DNA of 63,644 nucleotides, filler included, from Octopus bimaculoides (Eukaryota), in the NCBI RefSeq assembly GCF_001194135.2. It is 5 parts of 5 records of this genome, joined end to end, with 100 filler letters (N's around TTAATTAATTAA, not from the genome) between each part and the next. Parts side by side here need not be neighbours in the genome. Positions count along the whole stretch, not along the records: positions 1 to 21,119 come from NC_068982.1; 4 more parts are not named here. The stretch is one strand, 5' to 3'. Below are positions 1 to 11,352 of this stretch, piece after piece (the first letter of the stretch is position 1; each line of letters starts with the position of its first letter). The notes beneath the pieces are model-generated. The model made no database searches and was not told where the DNA came from. It saw only the letters and a list, made by a program, of their open reading frames with translations. A program made the translations under genes and the position numbers.

Positions 1-309
1 ACAAGTGATATTTTGCAGCTTATTTATCTGTTGTTATACACTGCATTCATACAACATTGTTGCTGGTAACTACACAGCTATTGTCAGTTTGCATTGTAAA
101 GTATTTTGTAGCACTTGCTACTTGTGATACATACTATGTTGTCTTGCATAGTTATTAGTGGCCTTAATAAGTAGTAAGTAGTAATTATGTTAGAGTGAAT
201 AATACTGCACAGAGACTGAAATTATCTGGTGATTTTTAAAACTGAAAATAGGTGAACTAACAACTTCTATTTTAAATTGACATTGAAGTAGTTATATGTG
301 ATATAAAGC

Positions 310-655
310 GAAATCGTCATGGCACTTGTGCCGTATGGCATGTGTAAAGACATTCGAGCGAGATCGTTGCCAGTGCCGCCGAACTGGCTCCTGTGCGAGT
401 GGCACGTAAAATACACCATTTTGAGTGTGGCCGTTGCCAGTACCGCCTGACTGGCCTTTGTGCCGGTGGCATGTAAAAAAGCACCCACTACACTCTCGGA
501 GTGGTTGGTGTTAGGAAGGGCATCCAGCTGTAGAAACTCTGCCAAATCAGATTGGAGCCTGGTGTAGCCATCTGGTTTCACCAGTCCTCAGTCAAATTGT
601 CCAACCCATGCTAGCATGGAAAGCGGACGTTAAACGACAATGATGATGATGATAA
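310..655 (+). mobile_element. Family A retroposon (SINE or 5'-truncated LINE 3' end) with (GAT)n tail
   Basis: AAGCACCCACTACACTCTC..AGGAAGGGCATCCAGCTGTAGAAACT..CCAACCCATGCTAGCATGGAAAGCGGACGTTAAAC+(GAT)n; same sequence at 12346, 17240, 59509 and inverted at ~57610. Confidence 0.85.
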
Positions 656-1043
656 ATGACACTGAGATTTTTCTTTTTTCATCATTAATATTATCTCTGA
701 TGATAACATGAGAACAATATTTACAGCAATATATTGGAAAGATGTTAGATTTAATTTTCAAATCTTTTATAATGACATAGTACTGTGACCTTTAAGTGCT
801 GACTTACTGGCCCTTTCGTCAGGTGTTTAAACTGTTGGCACTACACCACTTTTCTTTGGCTGCCAATAGGTTCAGTTCAATTTCATAGTTGAGTGGTTAG
901 CAATAGGAAGGAAGGGCATAAGGTTGTAAAATATTTCCTAGAATAGGTAAAATAGACAAATTCTTCAAATCTATTCTACTCATCTCAGGATGGAATTATA
1001 GATGTAAAATATATTTTTTTTCATAAATTACATTCCAATATTA

Positions 1044-1265
1044 AGGCAGTGACCTAGCAGAATTGTTAACCTGCCAGGCAAAATGCTTAGTGGCATTTCA
1101 TCTGTCTTTATGTTGTGTGTTCAAATCCCACTGAGATTGACTTTACCTTTCATCCTACCAGGATTGATAAAATAAATACCAGTTGAGTACTGGGGATCGA
1201 TATAACCGACTTGCCCCCTCTCTCGTAGCTGTTGGCCTTGTGCCAAAATTTGAAACCAATATATT
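1044..1265 (+). mobile_element. Family B tRNA-derived SINE (CpG-decayed copy)
   Basis: Head GCAGAATTGTTAA..GGCAAAATGCTTAGTGG, box-B-like GTTCAAATCC, core GACTTTACCTTTCATCC..GATAAAATAAATACCAG, tail TTTGAAACCAATATT; more than 12 copies in window. Confidence 0.85.
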
Positions 1266-1835
1266 ACATCCTAATACATTTTACAAATATATGACTCTGT
1301 AATTTCAAATACTAATCAAATAATGATAATGAATCTGTAAGAATTTGCATATTAATTGAAAATTAGCAATGCAAGTCCACAGTGTCTGTGTTGTAGTTAT
1401 TAATTAAATGCCATTTATTGTTCTCTTTTCTCTTTATTTTCAATTATTTTAGAATTATTGTTTGATGTGTTCTCAGGGAAAGGAGTTAAATTGAGTGAAT
1501 ACAGATTTTAATATATGTAATGCTATGGTTAAGTAGCTATATGTATTGAGTTTTGTGAATGAAAGTAAATGAAGCCGTCCTGATAAGAGAGAAGCAGCTT
1601 TTATTCGTTTTAAAATTTCATATTGCATTTGGTGATTGATAGCATTGTTGATTACAAGTTTCTAATGCACAAATGACAGGATCACTGCATTTTTGACAGC
1701 AGCAGTGACAAAGGATTGTCTGTGCAACTTGGGTGAAACAAACACCATTCGATATTTTTATTAAAAAATTCAAAAGCACCAGTTTTTAGTTTTCTTGCTA
1801 TTTTTTACATCTTTTTCTGTGAAGGACACACGCGT

Positions 1836-1836
<1 letters not shown>

Positions 1837-1874
<38 letters not shown>

Positions 1875-1895
1875 CACATACACACATGTACACAC

Positions 1896-1978
<83 letters not shown>
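1837..1978. repeat. (CA)n microsatellite
   Basis: Direct inspection. Confidence 0.97.
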
Positions 1979-1979
<1 letters not shown>

Positions 1980-2135
1980 CTTTTGCAGTTTTCATCTACT
2001 CTGCTCACAAGGCAGTGGTCAGTAGAATGCTATGGAAGAAGATACTCACCCAAGATGTTGCATAGTGGGATCAAATTCAGAACCATGTAGTAACAAAACA
2101 AAGCAAAACAAAAAAAACAACTTCTTAACCACATG
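1980..2135 (-). mobile_element. Family C SINE 5' head (tRNA/CORE-like), decayed
   Basis: Reverse-complement match to GTGGTAAGAAGCTTGCTT..GGTTCAGTCCCAC..CTTGGGCAAGTGTCTTCT head of the other copies. Confidence 0.7.
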
Positions 2136-2915
2136 GATATGTCTGTATCCATAAGTTTTATTCCTGCTGAGTTTTTAAAAGTGAGAGAATTAAAATATTG
2201 GTGTGTTCTTATTTCACATAAATTTTGCATGCAAGTTTTAGAATGGACTGGTTATATCCATTCACATAGGAAATAAGAAATTTCAATAGAATAACTGTAT
2301 TTCTGTACAAATTCTGTAATTGAATATATTTTAATTGATTTTTTTTTTGTAATTACATCTTGTGAAAATTGTTTGGTTACAAAATTTGGTTTTGTAAAAA
2401 TTATTTGATTGTAAATCTTCCATATTTTTCCATCAGACACTGTGGATTCTTCAAATCTTTTACCAAGATTCTTTTAGTCTCTGTGTAATAATGGCATGAA
2501 GACAAATTAAATAAACCCTTTTGAATTTTAATGTTTCTGTTTTGTTTTCCTTGTTTGTATTTAAAGGTAGAAATCAAAGAAATCAGCAAAAACCTCATTT
2601 GCTGAATGAATAAATGTTTATTCAAATTTATTTTATTGTGAGGGAGGAATTATATCAAAGGTCAGAATATTTTATAAAAGGACATTTGTAGAGTAATATA
2701 TAAATCTTATTAAGCCCGTATTCTATAGAAATATTACCTCTTTCATGTATAGGCATAACATTGATTTTACAAAAACCTTTGTTTCTAAAGCCATTCTGAA
2801 TCACTGATTTTATCTGAGTCGTGGTTAGCTACACATGAAATAAAACAAATATTAAATTTACTTTAATAATTAAATGAAGTACAAGTACCTGCACATTAGT
2901 ATGAACGATACAAGT

Positions 2916-2969
2916 TTATTAGTACTGTACGAGCTTATTAGTACTGTACGAGCTTATTAGTACTGTACC
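2916..2969. repeat. 19-bp tandem repeat x~3
   Basis: TTATTAGTACTGTACGAGC repeated. Confidence 0.9.
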
Positions 2970-3130
2970 AGTAAAACTATTCTAGTGGCTGTGGGAATTG
3001 GAAGTTCCTGCTTGTAAATCAGTGTGGATTATAAGATGTTCAAAACCATCCTGTCCAGAAAGTCAGTGTTGTACCTTTATTAAAAAGAAAATGGGAATCT
3101 ATCAACAGCGCATGCAACATGACAATTTCC

Positions 3131-4190
3131 CTCTTGTCATCCTTGCTGGTCCCATCAATGTCCTCTCCTTCACTCATGCCCTCTTCTCTTGTCATCCTTG
3201 CTGGTCCCATCAATGCCCTCTACTTCACTAACCCCTCTTCTCTTGTCATCCTTGCTGGTCCCATCAATGCCCTCTACTTCACTAACCCCTCTTCTCTTGT
3301 CATCATTGCTGGCCCCATCAATGTCCTCTCCTTAACTAATGCCTTCTTTTCTTGTCATGTTTCCTAGTCTCATCAATGTCNNNNNNNNNNNNNNNNNNNN
3401 NNNNNNNNNNNNNNNNNNNNNNNNNNNNNNNNNNNNNNNNNNNNNNNNNNNNNNNNNNNNNNNNNNNNNNNNNNNNNNNNNNNNNNNNNNNNNNNNNNNN
3501 NNNNNNNNNNNNNNNNNNNNNNNNNNNNNNNNNNNNNNNNNNNNNNNNNNNNNNNNNNNNNNNNNNNNNNNNNNNNNNNNNNNNNNNNNNNNNNNNNNNN
3601 NNNNNNNNNNNNNNNNNNNNNNNNNNNNNNNNNNNNNNNNNNNNNNNNNNNNNNNNNNNNNNNNNNNNNNNNNNNNNNNNNNNNNNNNNNNNNNNNNNNN
3701 NNNNNNNNNNNNNNNNNNNNNNNNNNNNNNNNNNNNNNNNNNNNNNNNNNNNNNNNNNNNNNNNNNNNNNNNNNNNNNNNNNNNNNNNNNNNNNNNNNNN
3801 NNNNNNNNNNNNNNNNNNNNNNNNNNNNNNNNNNNNNNNNNNNNNNNNNNNNNNNNNNNNNNNNNNNNNNNNNNNCATCTCTGCTTGTCCCATCAATGTC
3901 CTCTCCTTCACTAATACCCTCTTTTCTTGTCATCCTTGCTGGTCCCATCAATGCCCTCTACTTCACTAACCCCTCTTCTCTTGTCATCATTGCTGGCCCC
4001 ATCAATGCCCTCTACTTCACTAATGCCTTCTTTTCTTGTCATGTTTCCTAGTCTCATCAATGTCCTCTCCTTCACTAATACCCTCTTATCTTGTCATCCT
4101 TGCTGGTCCCATCAATCCCCTTTCCTTCACTAATGCCCCCTTCTCTTGTTATTTTAGCTGGTCCCATCAATGTCATCTCCTTTCTGGCTC
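3131..4190. repeat. 54-55 bp minisatellite spanning a gap
   Basis: Unit CTTGTCATCCTTGCTGGTCCCATCAATGCCCTCTACTTCACTAACCCCTCTTCT starts at 3133, 3188, 3242, 3296, 3351 and resumes after the gap to ~4190. Confidence 0.95.
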
Positions 4191-5539
4191 TTTGAAAACC
4201 ACTCTCCATGAATTAGTATAATAGATTATAATGTCCAGTGTCTGAAGGGTGTGTGATGGTCAATTTTACACCAAACGTATTTAGAACTTAATATGTCAAT
4301 TGTTCATCAGAACAATAAACCAATGTGCTTTAAAAGCTTGAAGACAAAGGACTGTGGTGGAAAGGTTAATTTCACAACTGCTTCCATAATGCATATTACG
4401 AAAATCATTTATTAGAAGCTATGTAGATTGAATTAGTGATTTCTTTGTTACTAGTTTAAGGGATTTATTATTATAGAAATGAACTGATTTAGACAATGGA
4501 CAAAAATATTTTATTATAAAAGGCACCTTAAGTACTTTTTCTGTTGACTAGTTTTACATTCATTCTCCTGATAACCAAGAAAGTTATTCATGAGGGTTAT
4601 AAGTTTTGCTGAATTTTGTCATATGAATGGAATCATTTGCATATTGCTTCCTCCATCAGGTATGTATATTGTTTTTGTCATTAAACTGTTTATTTTTATT
4701 CATAGCTGCAATAAAGTGTTTTTCAATTGCACAACAATTTATTCAACATAAATATAATTCAGTGAAGCTGGATATGCTTTTATTGAAAACTGACTATGCT
4801 ACTTAAGCCACCCAATTCAGGATGAATAATCTGCTTAGACTATAGCAGTTTGATTCCAATTCCAGCTCGTTAGTTTCTTAACAAGAATGGAAATGTTGGT
4901 TGGGGACTTTTGAAAATTTTCAGGCAAGTTTTACCTCTAAACGATTTGAAGAGTCATCTTAGCTTCGTGATACCAAAAAAACAAATCGACCTCTGCATGG
5001 GCTACTTGTAAAAATACTAGTATTTTTGTAAGCACGATACCAGAAAAATAAGCATTCAGTTTTTGTATGCTGTTGTCTTGCATCTGTGCTGCAAATTTAG
5101 CTATTGTATTATTTTTCTTATATTTTATACAGTAATGGAAATAAAAGTTCCTTATTGAATATTAACGAACTGGTCATTGATACTAAATTAAAAAATAAAA
5201 AATAATAAAACGTGAAAATTTGATATTTAATACTACACTGTGTTAAGGAAATAAGAATGATGTAAATATAATATCTCATGTGTGCGTTAATATACAAAAT
5301 TGTGTTGGTATTTTGATATACCAACATGTGTAAAAAAGTTATTTTCTTTTAGTTACAATGGATTATGTCCCTTCGGAGATGATTTATTCAGCAGTTATTA
5401 AATTAATATTTAGAAAATTTTGGTTTCATATTGAAAAGGGAAAAGGATAAAACAAAGTCCATTTTACGAGCCGATACGATTCAATAACTTTAAAAAAATA
5501 ACAAAAAATTGATTAAATCATTAACCGATGGTTAAGAAA

Positions 5540-5735
5540 GACGGCGAGCTTGCAGAATCGTTTGTACGTCGGACTAAGTGCTTAGCGGCATTTTTTTCCG
5601 GTTTTAAGTTTTATTCTGCTGAGGTCAACTGTTATTTTCATCCTTTCGAGTTCGATAAAATAAGTCCCAGTCTAATACTGAGGTCAATATAATCGACTAG
5701 CTCCTCCCAACAAATTTAATGTCTTGTATTTATAA
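5540..5735 (+). mobile_element. Family B SINE
   Basis: GGCGAGCTTGCAGAATCGTT..CTTAGCGGCATT..TTTCATCCTTTCGAGTTCGATAAAATAAGT. Confidence 0.8.
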
Positions 5736-5964
5736 TAGAAAGAATTCTGATGGTTAAAGGGAAAAAACTCTTATACCACAGTACTGTCCCTTTAGAATTA
5801 CTTGTGACTGGTACGGGAGGAAACTCTTTGTTGTGAAGTAATCTCCCTTATTAAAATGGTGGCTAAGTTGAGTGGATATGAGAACGCAAACATACGTGTG
5901 CATTCCGAACACACGCACACACACACACACACGCCCATCACTGTTTTTTAAAAAAAAATTCCAG

Positions 5965-6330
5965 TCTATTTTCTCCAATATTAGCCCAAGTCATGTCTAA
6001 CTTCAGAGCACCACCTGATGAAGTCTTACAAGTTATGCTTGATGCCATTCGCCCATTTAAGTAGAGAGCTGTTCTGGTTGAAATGTATCCCGTGCAAGTG
6101 ATATATTCTGGTATTTCGTGGAGAAATTTTTCAGGTACTTTTTAAAGGTTGTGGAATCTTTCTCTCTCTCGACTTGTTTCAAGATATAATGTTAAATAAG
6201 GCAGGTTAAATTGTGGTAAAATGTCTCAATGTGATGATGCCTTGTGAACTCGATTTTCGCGGGTCCATACAGTACGGGGCGCCAGCATTAGGTGATTTGT
6301 AAACCTGGTGCTAACATCATTTGGACAATG
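5965..6330 (-). mobile_element. CR1-clade LINE 3' fragment (decayed)
   Basis: Minus translation PALFNII..KDSTTFKKYLKNFLHEIP..NSSLLKW parallels GPALFNIVP..KDTITFKRSLDRLLQGIP..NSLLEW at 14533; shared 3'UTR TTAGACATG.C.TGG.C.AAT. Confidence 0.7.
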
Positions 6331-6344
6331 CTGATGGAATATTG

Positions 6345-6550
6345 GTTTCAACTTTTAGCTCAAAGCCAGCAATTTTTGGGGAAGGGTTAAGTCGATTAGT
6401 CAGCTCCAGTGCTCAACTGGTACTTAATTTATCGACCCCGAAAAGATGAAAAGCAAAGTCAACCTCGGAGGAATTTGAACCCAGAACGTAAGGACGGACG
6501 AAACGTCGCTAAACATTTTGCCCAGCGTACTAATGATTCTGTCAGCTCTT
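6345..6550 (-). mobile_element. Family B SINE
   Basis: CTGGTACTTAATTTATCGACCCCGAAAAGATGAAAAGCAAAGTC..GAATTTGAACCCAGAACG (reverse of core and head). Confidence 0.85.
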
Positions 6551-7098
6551 AATACTGATGGAATATTTGTTCACATTTTACAATTGATAAAGCTGCCAAT
6601 GCAATGTTGGAAAGAATAGAGTCTGAGCTTTTTAAACGATCCCAATAATTTTTTCTCTAAGAAGCTGAAATTCCCATAATATTTAATTAGTAAAGGAGAA
6701 CTTAAAGCGGACAACAGCATACAAGGTGAGATCGAGAGAAGGTTGAGATTAAAAGGACGATAATATCTGTATTTCCCCGTCGAGAAGGTTTACCTTGTGG
6801 TTATATCTTTGTTTAGGGTCAATGTAATTGATTATATCCTGCCACCAAATTACTGTTCGCCTACTGAACTTAGAAATCATTTATTGTATCTCGCGAGGGT
6901 CATTATACAAATAATGAACACACGCACTGGTTCTGTTTCACTTCTTTATTTTTATTTGTCATTTTGTAACTATTAACAAATTACCCAATCGATTGTTTGA
7001 TTGATCGTTCTGTCAATCAATCAATCAATCAATTAGGATCGTCAATGTCCTTTTTCACTATTGACGACCTCTTAAAGATATACCCCGCCCTTTTGCAG

Positions 7099-7207
7099 GT
7101 CTGGTTCAACTATTGTTCCTGACGCAAACCTTGCGGGGAATGACATTAAAAAGATCGAGAATGACGATGAAATGACTTTTGACAAATCTGTTTCATTGCC
7201 TGAATGA
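7099..7207 (+). CDS. Candidate terminal coding exon, unknown protein (..SGSTIVPDANLAGNDIKKIENDDEMTFDKSVSLPE*)
   Basis: Acceptor CCCGCCCTTTTGCAG|G, 35 open codons then TGA, GC1 17/35 vs GC3 12/35, non-repetitive; no homology recognised. Confidence 0.35.
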
Positions 7208-7269
7208 ACGATTAATCAAAGAATGAATTAGTTAATAGATTAGATGTTAACGAAATGACTAACAATAAT

Positions 7270-7460
7270 CCGCAATACTATAGGCACAAGACCTAAAATT
7301 TTGGAGAAGGAGGATAATCGATTACATCGACTCCAGTGCACAATTGGTACTTATTTTATAGATCCAGAAAGAACGAAAGCCAAAGTCGACTTCTGCAGCA
7401 TTTAACTCAGAACTAAGCATCTTTTTTCCAGCGTGCATACTATTCTGTCAACTCATCAGC
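7270..7460 (-). mobile_element. Family B SINE
   Basis: GTCGATTACATCGAC..GGTACTTATTTTATAGATCC..GCCAAAGTCGAC. Confidence 0.75.
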
Positions 7461-7834
7461 TTAATAACAATAAAAGAAGTGAAATACAACTAGCACGTGC
7501 GTTTATTATTGGCATAATGATTCTCCCAAGATGCAACAAATTATATTTCAACGCACGAGTTCACATCAAAAATCTTGCAAAGCCTCTACAAAATCCCAAT
7601 TATTTGCATTTAGTTTCTAAAAAAAAAAAATTATCAATGGTTCCAGGGAGACAACTCTTTATGACTATTTATATTATCTGTTCAATTAAAGTGTATATGC
7701 ACTACTTTGTATATACAAGTACTGTGAGTGTACACAAAATTACCAATGTATGAGTCAGTTAATGGGTACACATATACTACTAAGTGTACATATACATTAT
7801 GTATTATTTAAACACTTGGATTATTAATGTATAC

Positions 7835-7919
7835 CACATAGTTCTGGGTTCTATCCCACATCTATTATTGCATCGGGTCGACCAAAGCCTTGTGAGTGGA
7901 AATTGAAAGAAGCCCGTCG

Positions 7920-7991
<72 letters not shown>

Positions 7992-7995
7992 AGCC

Positions 7996-8080
<85 letters not shown>

Positions 8081-8115
8081 CTGTCTGTCTAATACACACA
8101 CACATACACACACAC

Positions 8116-8146
<31 letters not shown>

Positions 8147-8405
8147 TGTATGTATGTATGTATATATGTGTCTGTGTGTATGTGTTTGCGTCTGTGTTAG
8201 TCCCCCACCACGACCACTTGACAACCGGTGCTGGTGTGTTTACGTTCCAGTAAATTAGCAGCTCGGCAAAAAGAGACCGATAGAATAAGTACCAAGCTTA
8301 AAATAAAAATAAGTACTGGGGTCCATTCGTTCCACTAAAATTCTTCAAGCTGGTGCCCCAGCATGGCCGCTATCTAATTAATGAATGAAACAAGTAACAG
8401 ATAAA
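7835..8405 (+). mobile_element. Family C SINE with internal compound microsatellite (ATCT/GTCT/CT/CA/ATGT)
   Basis: GACCAAAGCCTTGTGAGTGG..GAAAGAAGCCCGTCGTA, microsatellites, then TTGACAACCGGTGCTGGTGTGTTTACG..CAGCATGGCCGC..GAAACAAGTAA. Confidence 0.85.
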
Positions 8406-8414
8406 AGAAAAGCT

Positions 8415-8825
8415 AATATTCTTTTATTCTTTTACTTGTTTCAGTCATTTGATTTCGGCCATGCTGGAGCACTGCCTTGAAGGGTTTTAGACGAACAAAT
8501 CGTCCCCAGGAATTAACTTTTTTTAAGCCTAGTACTTATTCTATCGGTTTCTTTTGCTGGACGCTAAGTTATGGTAACGCAAACACACCAGCACCGGTTG
8601 TCAAGTGGTACTGGAGTGACTTACACAGACACACACACACATACACACGCACGCACACACACACATACACATAGATATACAACAGGCTTCATTCAGTTTC
8701 CGTCTATCAAATCCAAACATGAGGCTATATTAGAAGACACCTACCTAAGATGCCACGCAGTGGGATAGAACTCGGAACCATGTTGTTGGGAAGCATGTTT
8801 CTTACCGCACATTCACGCCTGCGCC
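8415..8825 (-). mobile_element. Family C SINE (near full length)
   Basis: TTTTACTTGTTTCAGTCATTTG..CCATGCTGGAGCAC..(CA)n..CAGTTTCCGTCTATCAAATCC..GCCACGCAGTGGGA..GAACCATG. Confidence 0.9.
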
Positions 8826-8879
8826 TATATATACATATTTTTGAGCATGCTATGAGCGTTTAACTCAGACACGTTTTTT

Positions 8880-9045
8880 TTTTCTCTCCATATTTTCTCT
8901 CTCCTCATCTATCCTTTCTGTAGAAGAGCGTAGGCTCGAAACATTAGAGACTTCTTCCATTTTACCTCAGCACCAACCTAATACATCCTGTTTATGTTCA
9001 TACACCTCATTTTAGTGTTTTCTTTATTTTTCGATCATAATGTAT
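8880..9045 (+). mobile_element. Penelope-like element end (pLTR-type) with hammerhead-like motif
   Basis: CTGTAGAAGAGCGTAGGCTCGAAAC; related copy at 39066; CTGxxGAAG..CGAAAC is typical of PLE termini. Confidence 0.55.
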
Positions 9046-9475
9046 ATNNNNNNNNNNNNNNNNNNNNNNNNNNNNNNNNNNNNNNNNNNNNNNNNNNNNN
9101 NNNNNNNNNNNNNNNNNNNNNNNNNNNNNNNNNNNNNNNNNNNNNNNNNNNNNNNNNNNNNNNNNNNNNNNNNNNNNNNNNNNNNNNNNNNNNNNNNNNN
9201 NNNNNNNNNNNNNNNNNNNNNNNNNNNNNNNNNNNNNNNNNNNNNNNNNNNNNNNNNNNNNNNNNNNNNNNNNNNNNNNNNNNNNNNNNNNNNNNNNNNN
9301 NNNNNNNNNNNNNNNNNNNNNNNNNNNNNNNNNNNNNNNNNNNNNNNNNNNNNNNNNNNNNNNNNNNNNNNNNNNNNNNNNNNNNNNNNNNNNNNNNNNN
9401 NNNNNNNNNNNNNNNNNNNNNNNNNNNNNNNNNNNNNNNNNNNNNNNNNNNNNNNNNNNNNNNNNNNNNNNNNNN

Positions 9476-9499
<24 letters not shown>

Positions 9500-9506
<7 letters not shown>

Positions 9507-9860
9507 TATACACACACACATTTTTATACATATGTACTATTATACTATTATGCAAGTAAATTTACTATTAATGTGTATATACGCACTTTATATGTATGCA
9601 TGTACTATTTATGTATATGCATGTAGAATTACGTATAAGCATGTACTATTATTTTATATAAATGTTATTGCTTAAATACATATATGTTATTATGCGTACA
9701 CTTAGGGCATCGATCTGGCAGAATCGTTACTGCACCGGATAAAATACTTAGTGACATTTCATCCGGCATTACATTTTGAGCTCAAATTCCGCCGAGAAAT
9801 TTCGTTTCGGGCTCGATAAAGTACCAGTTGAGTACTGGGGCTGGTGTAATCACCTAATAC
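9500..9860 (+). mobile_element. Family B SINE plus AT-rich flank; 9500-9747 is duplicated in inverted orientation at 20854-21118
   Basis: GCATCGATCTGGCAGAATCGTTACTGCACCGGATAAAATAC and its upstream flank match the reverse complement of 20854-21118. Confidence 0.85.
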
Positions 9861-9900
9861 ATATGCAATTCTATATATGTATATTGTTTTGTATACAGAT

Positions 9901-9960
9901 GCACTGTTATGTATAGAAATGCACTGTTATGTATAGAAATGCACTGTTATGTATAGAAAT
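9901..9960. repeat. 20-bp tandem repeat x3
   Basis: GCACTGTTATGTATAGAAAT x3. Confidence 0.95.
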
Positions 9961-10079
9961 ATACTATTATGTGAGACAAAATGCCCAGATGCACTACAAC
10001 TCATCAGGAAAAATAAGTAAAGCTGTACGAACAGTACATAGAATATGCACACGAAATCTACAAAAAGTAACAACAACAA

Positions 10080-11000
10080 AAAACAAAGAAAACAACGATA
10101 TGGGGGCATCAGGTGTACTGTTGGTGAATGTCAAGAAGGATGAAAGTTTTGAAGGATGTAGTTTCTTGACAGCTAACAACTGATGCAGGTAATTTATTCC
10201 ATGCTTCAGCAATTCTGAAAGTGAAAAAATATTTCCGAAAGTCATGGGTGCTGTGTGCTGTTTTTTTGATTTTGTAAGCATGTTCCCGAGTGTTAGACCT
10301 ATGGAATTCAAAAAGGTACCAAAGGCTGTTTTTGGAAACATGGTGGATAATCTTGTGGGTGTCTACCAAGTCAGTTACCAGATGTCGGAGCTTTAACGTG
10401 CCGATGCCCAGGGAAGTATGGTAGATGCTTAACAGCGGGTATTCGCCTGGCTGCATATTTCTGAACGGTTCCAGGAGATTGATATGCTGAGCAAGATAGG
10501 GGTTCTAGACTAGAGATGCATACTCTAAGTATGGATGTACCATAGTCATATGCAAATTTTAAATGATAGCTGGAGAGCAGCTGACAAAGGTCTTACTGAG
10601 TAGTGCTAGGACACCCTCAGCGTTCTTAAGAATATACTATCTCTGTACACGCTTGCACTATTTATGTACATGCATGTACTATTGTCTATGCATACACCTT
10701 TTTCATTTGCTAAGTCTCATGGAAGACATAATAATCACGACCCTTGTGGGTTCCACGAGATCGGTGATCTTGATACCATAAATCTCTGCTTAAATTGTTG
10801 CAGATCAATATCTGCAGGAAAGATTGGAGAAGAGAGAAGACTCTGGTGTGTAAATGTTCATGTGTTGACTATGTTCTTTCTTTCTCACTCTTAAGCAACC
10901 CTGATTCCCCAGAGCTCTGTTTTAACCCCTTTCTCTCTTTTTTCTACACATCAATGAGCTACTTGCTACCATATCCTATAACACCAATTCTTATGCAGAA
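10080..11000 (-). mobile_element. CR1-clade LINE ORF2 C-terminal fragment (decayed)
   Basis: Minus translation MVHPYLEYASLV*NPYLAQHINLLE..DLVDTHKII..REHAYKIKK..RKYFFTFRIAEAWNKLPASVVS, typical of the CR1 C-terminus; upstream limit uncertain. Confidence 0.85.
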
Positions 11001-11352
11001 GACACGATTTTTCATTCTTTCTTGACATAACAAAGATTGAACCTTCTCTCTGGAGCTAAAATATATTTCAACCTCCAACATTTACTGTCACTCTACAAGG
11101 CACAAGTGATTCTCACAATGGACGCGAAATTCCGCTTAGCATTTTGCCCGCTGGCTGCCTTACTACGTATTAAAATGAAATAGATCTTCCTCGAGAAATA
11201 ATGTAGGAGTGAATACGAAGGATACAATTATATTTTTAAATCAAAGTAAAACAACCTCAAAAGAATCACTTCATCAAAACGCGAGAATCGGTTTGAACTC
11301 ATGTCTATGACTGACGTTTCGGTACAGTTCACATTATTACAGATATACTCAC

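Noticed and set aside
5754-5862. Minus-strand candidate next exon (THHFNKGDYFTTKSF..), phase-compatible with the 11353 donor and echoing AChBP GSWTHH
   Set aside because: The acceptor is plausible, but the donor is weak and the rest shows no LBD similarity; unsupported without RNA data
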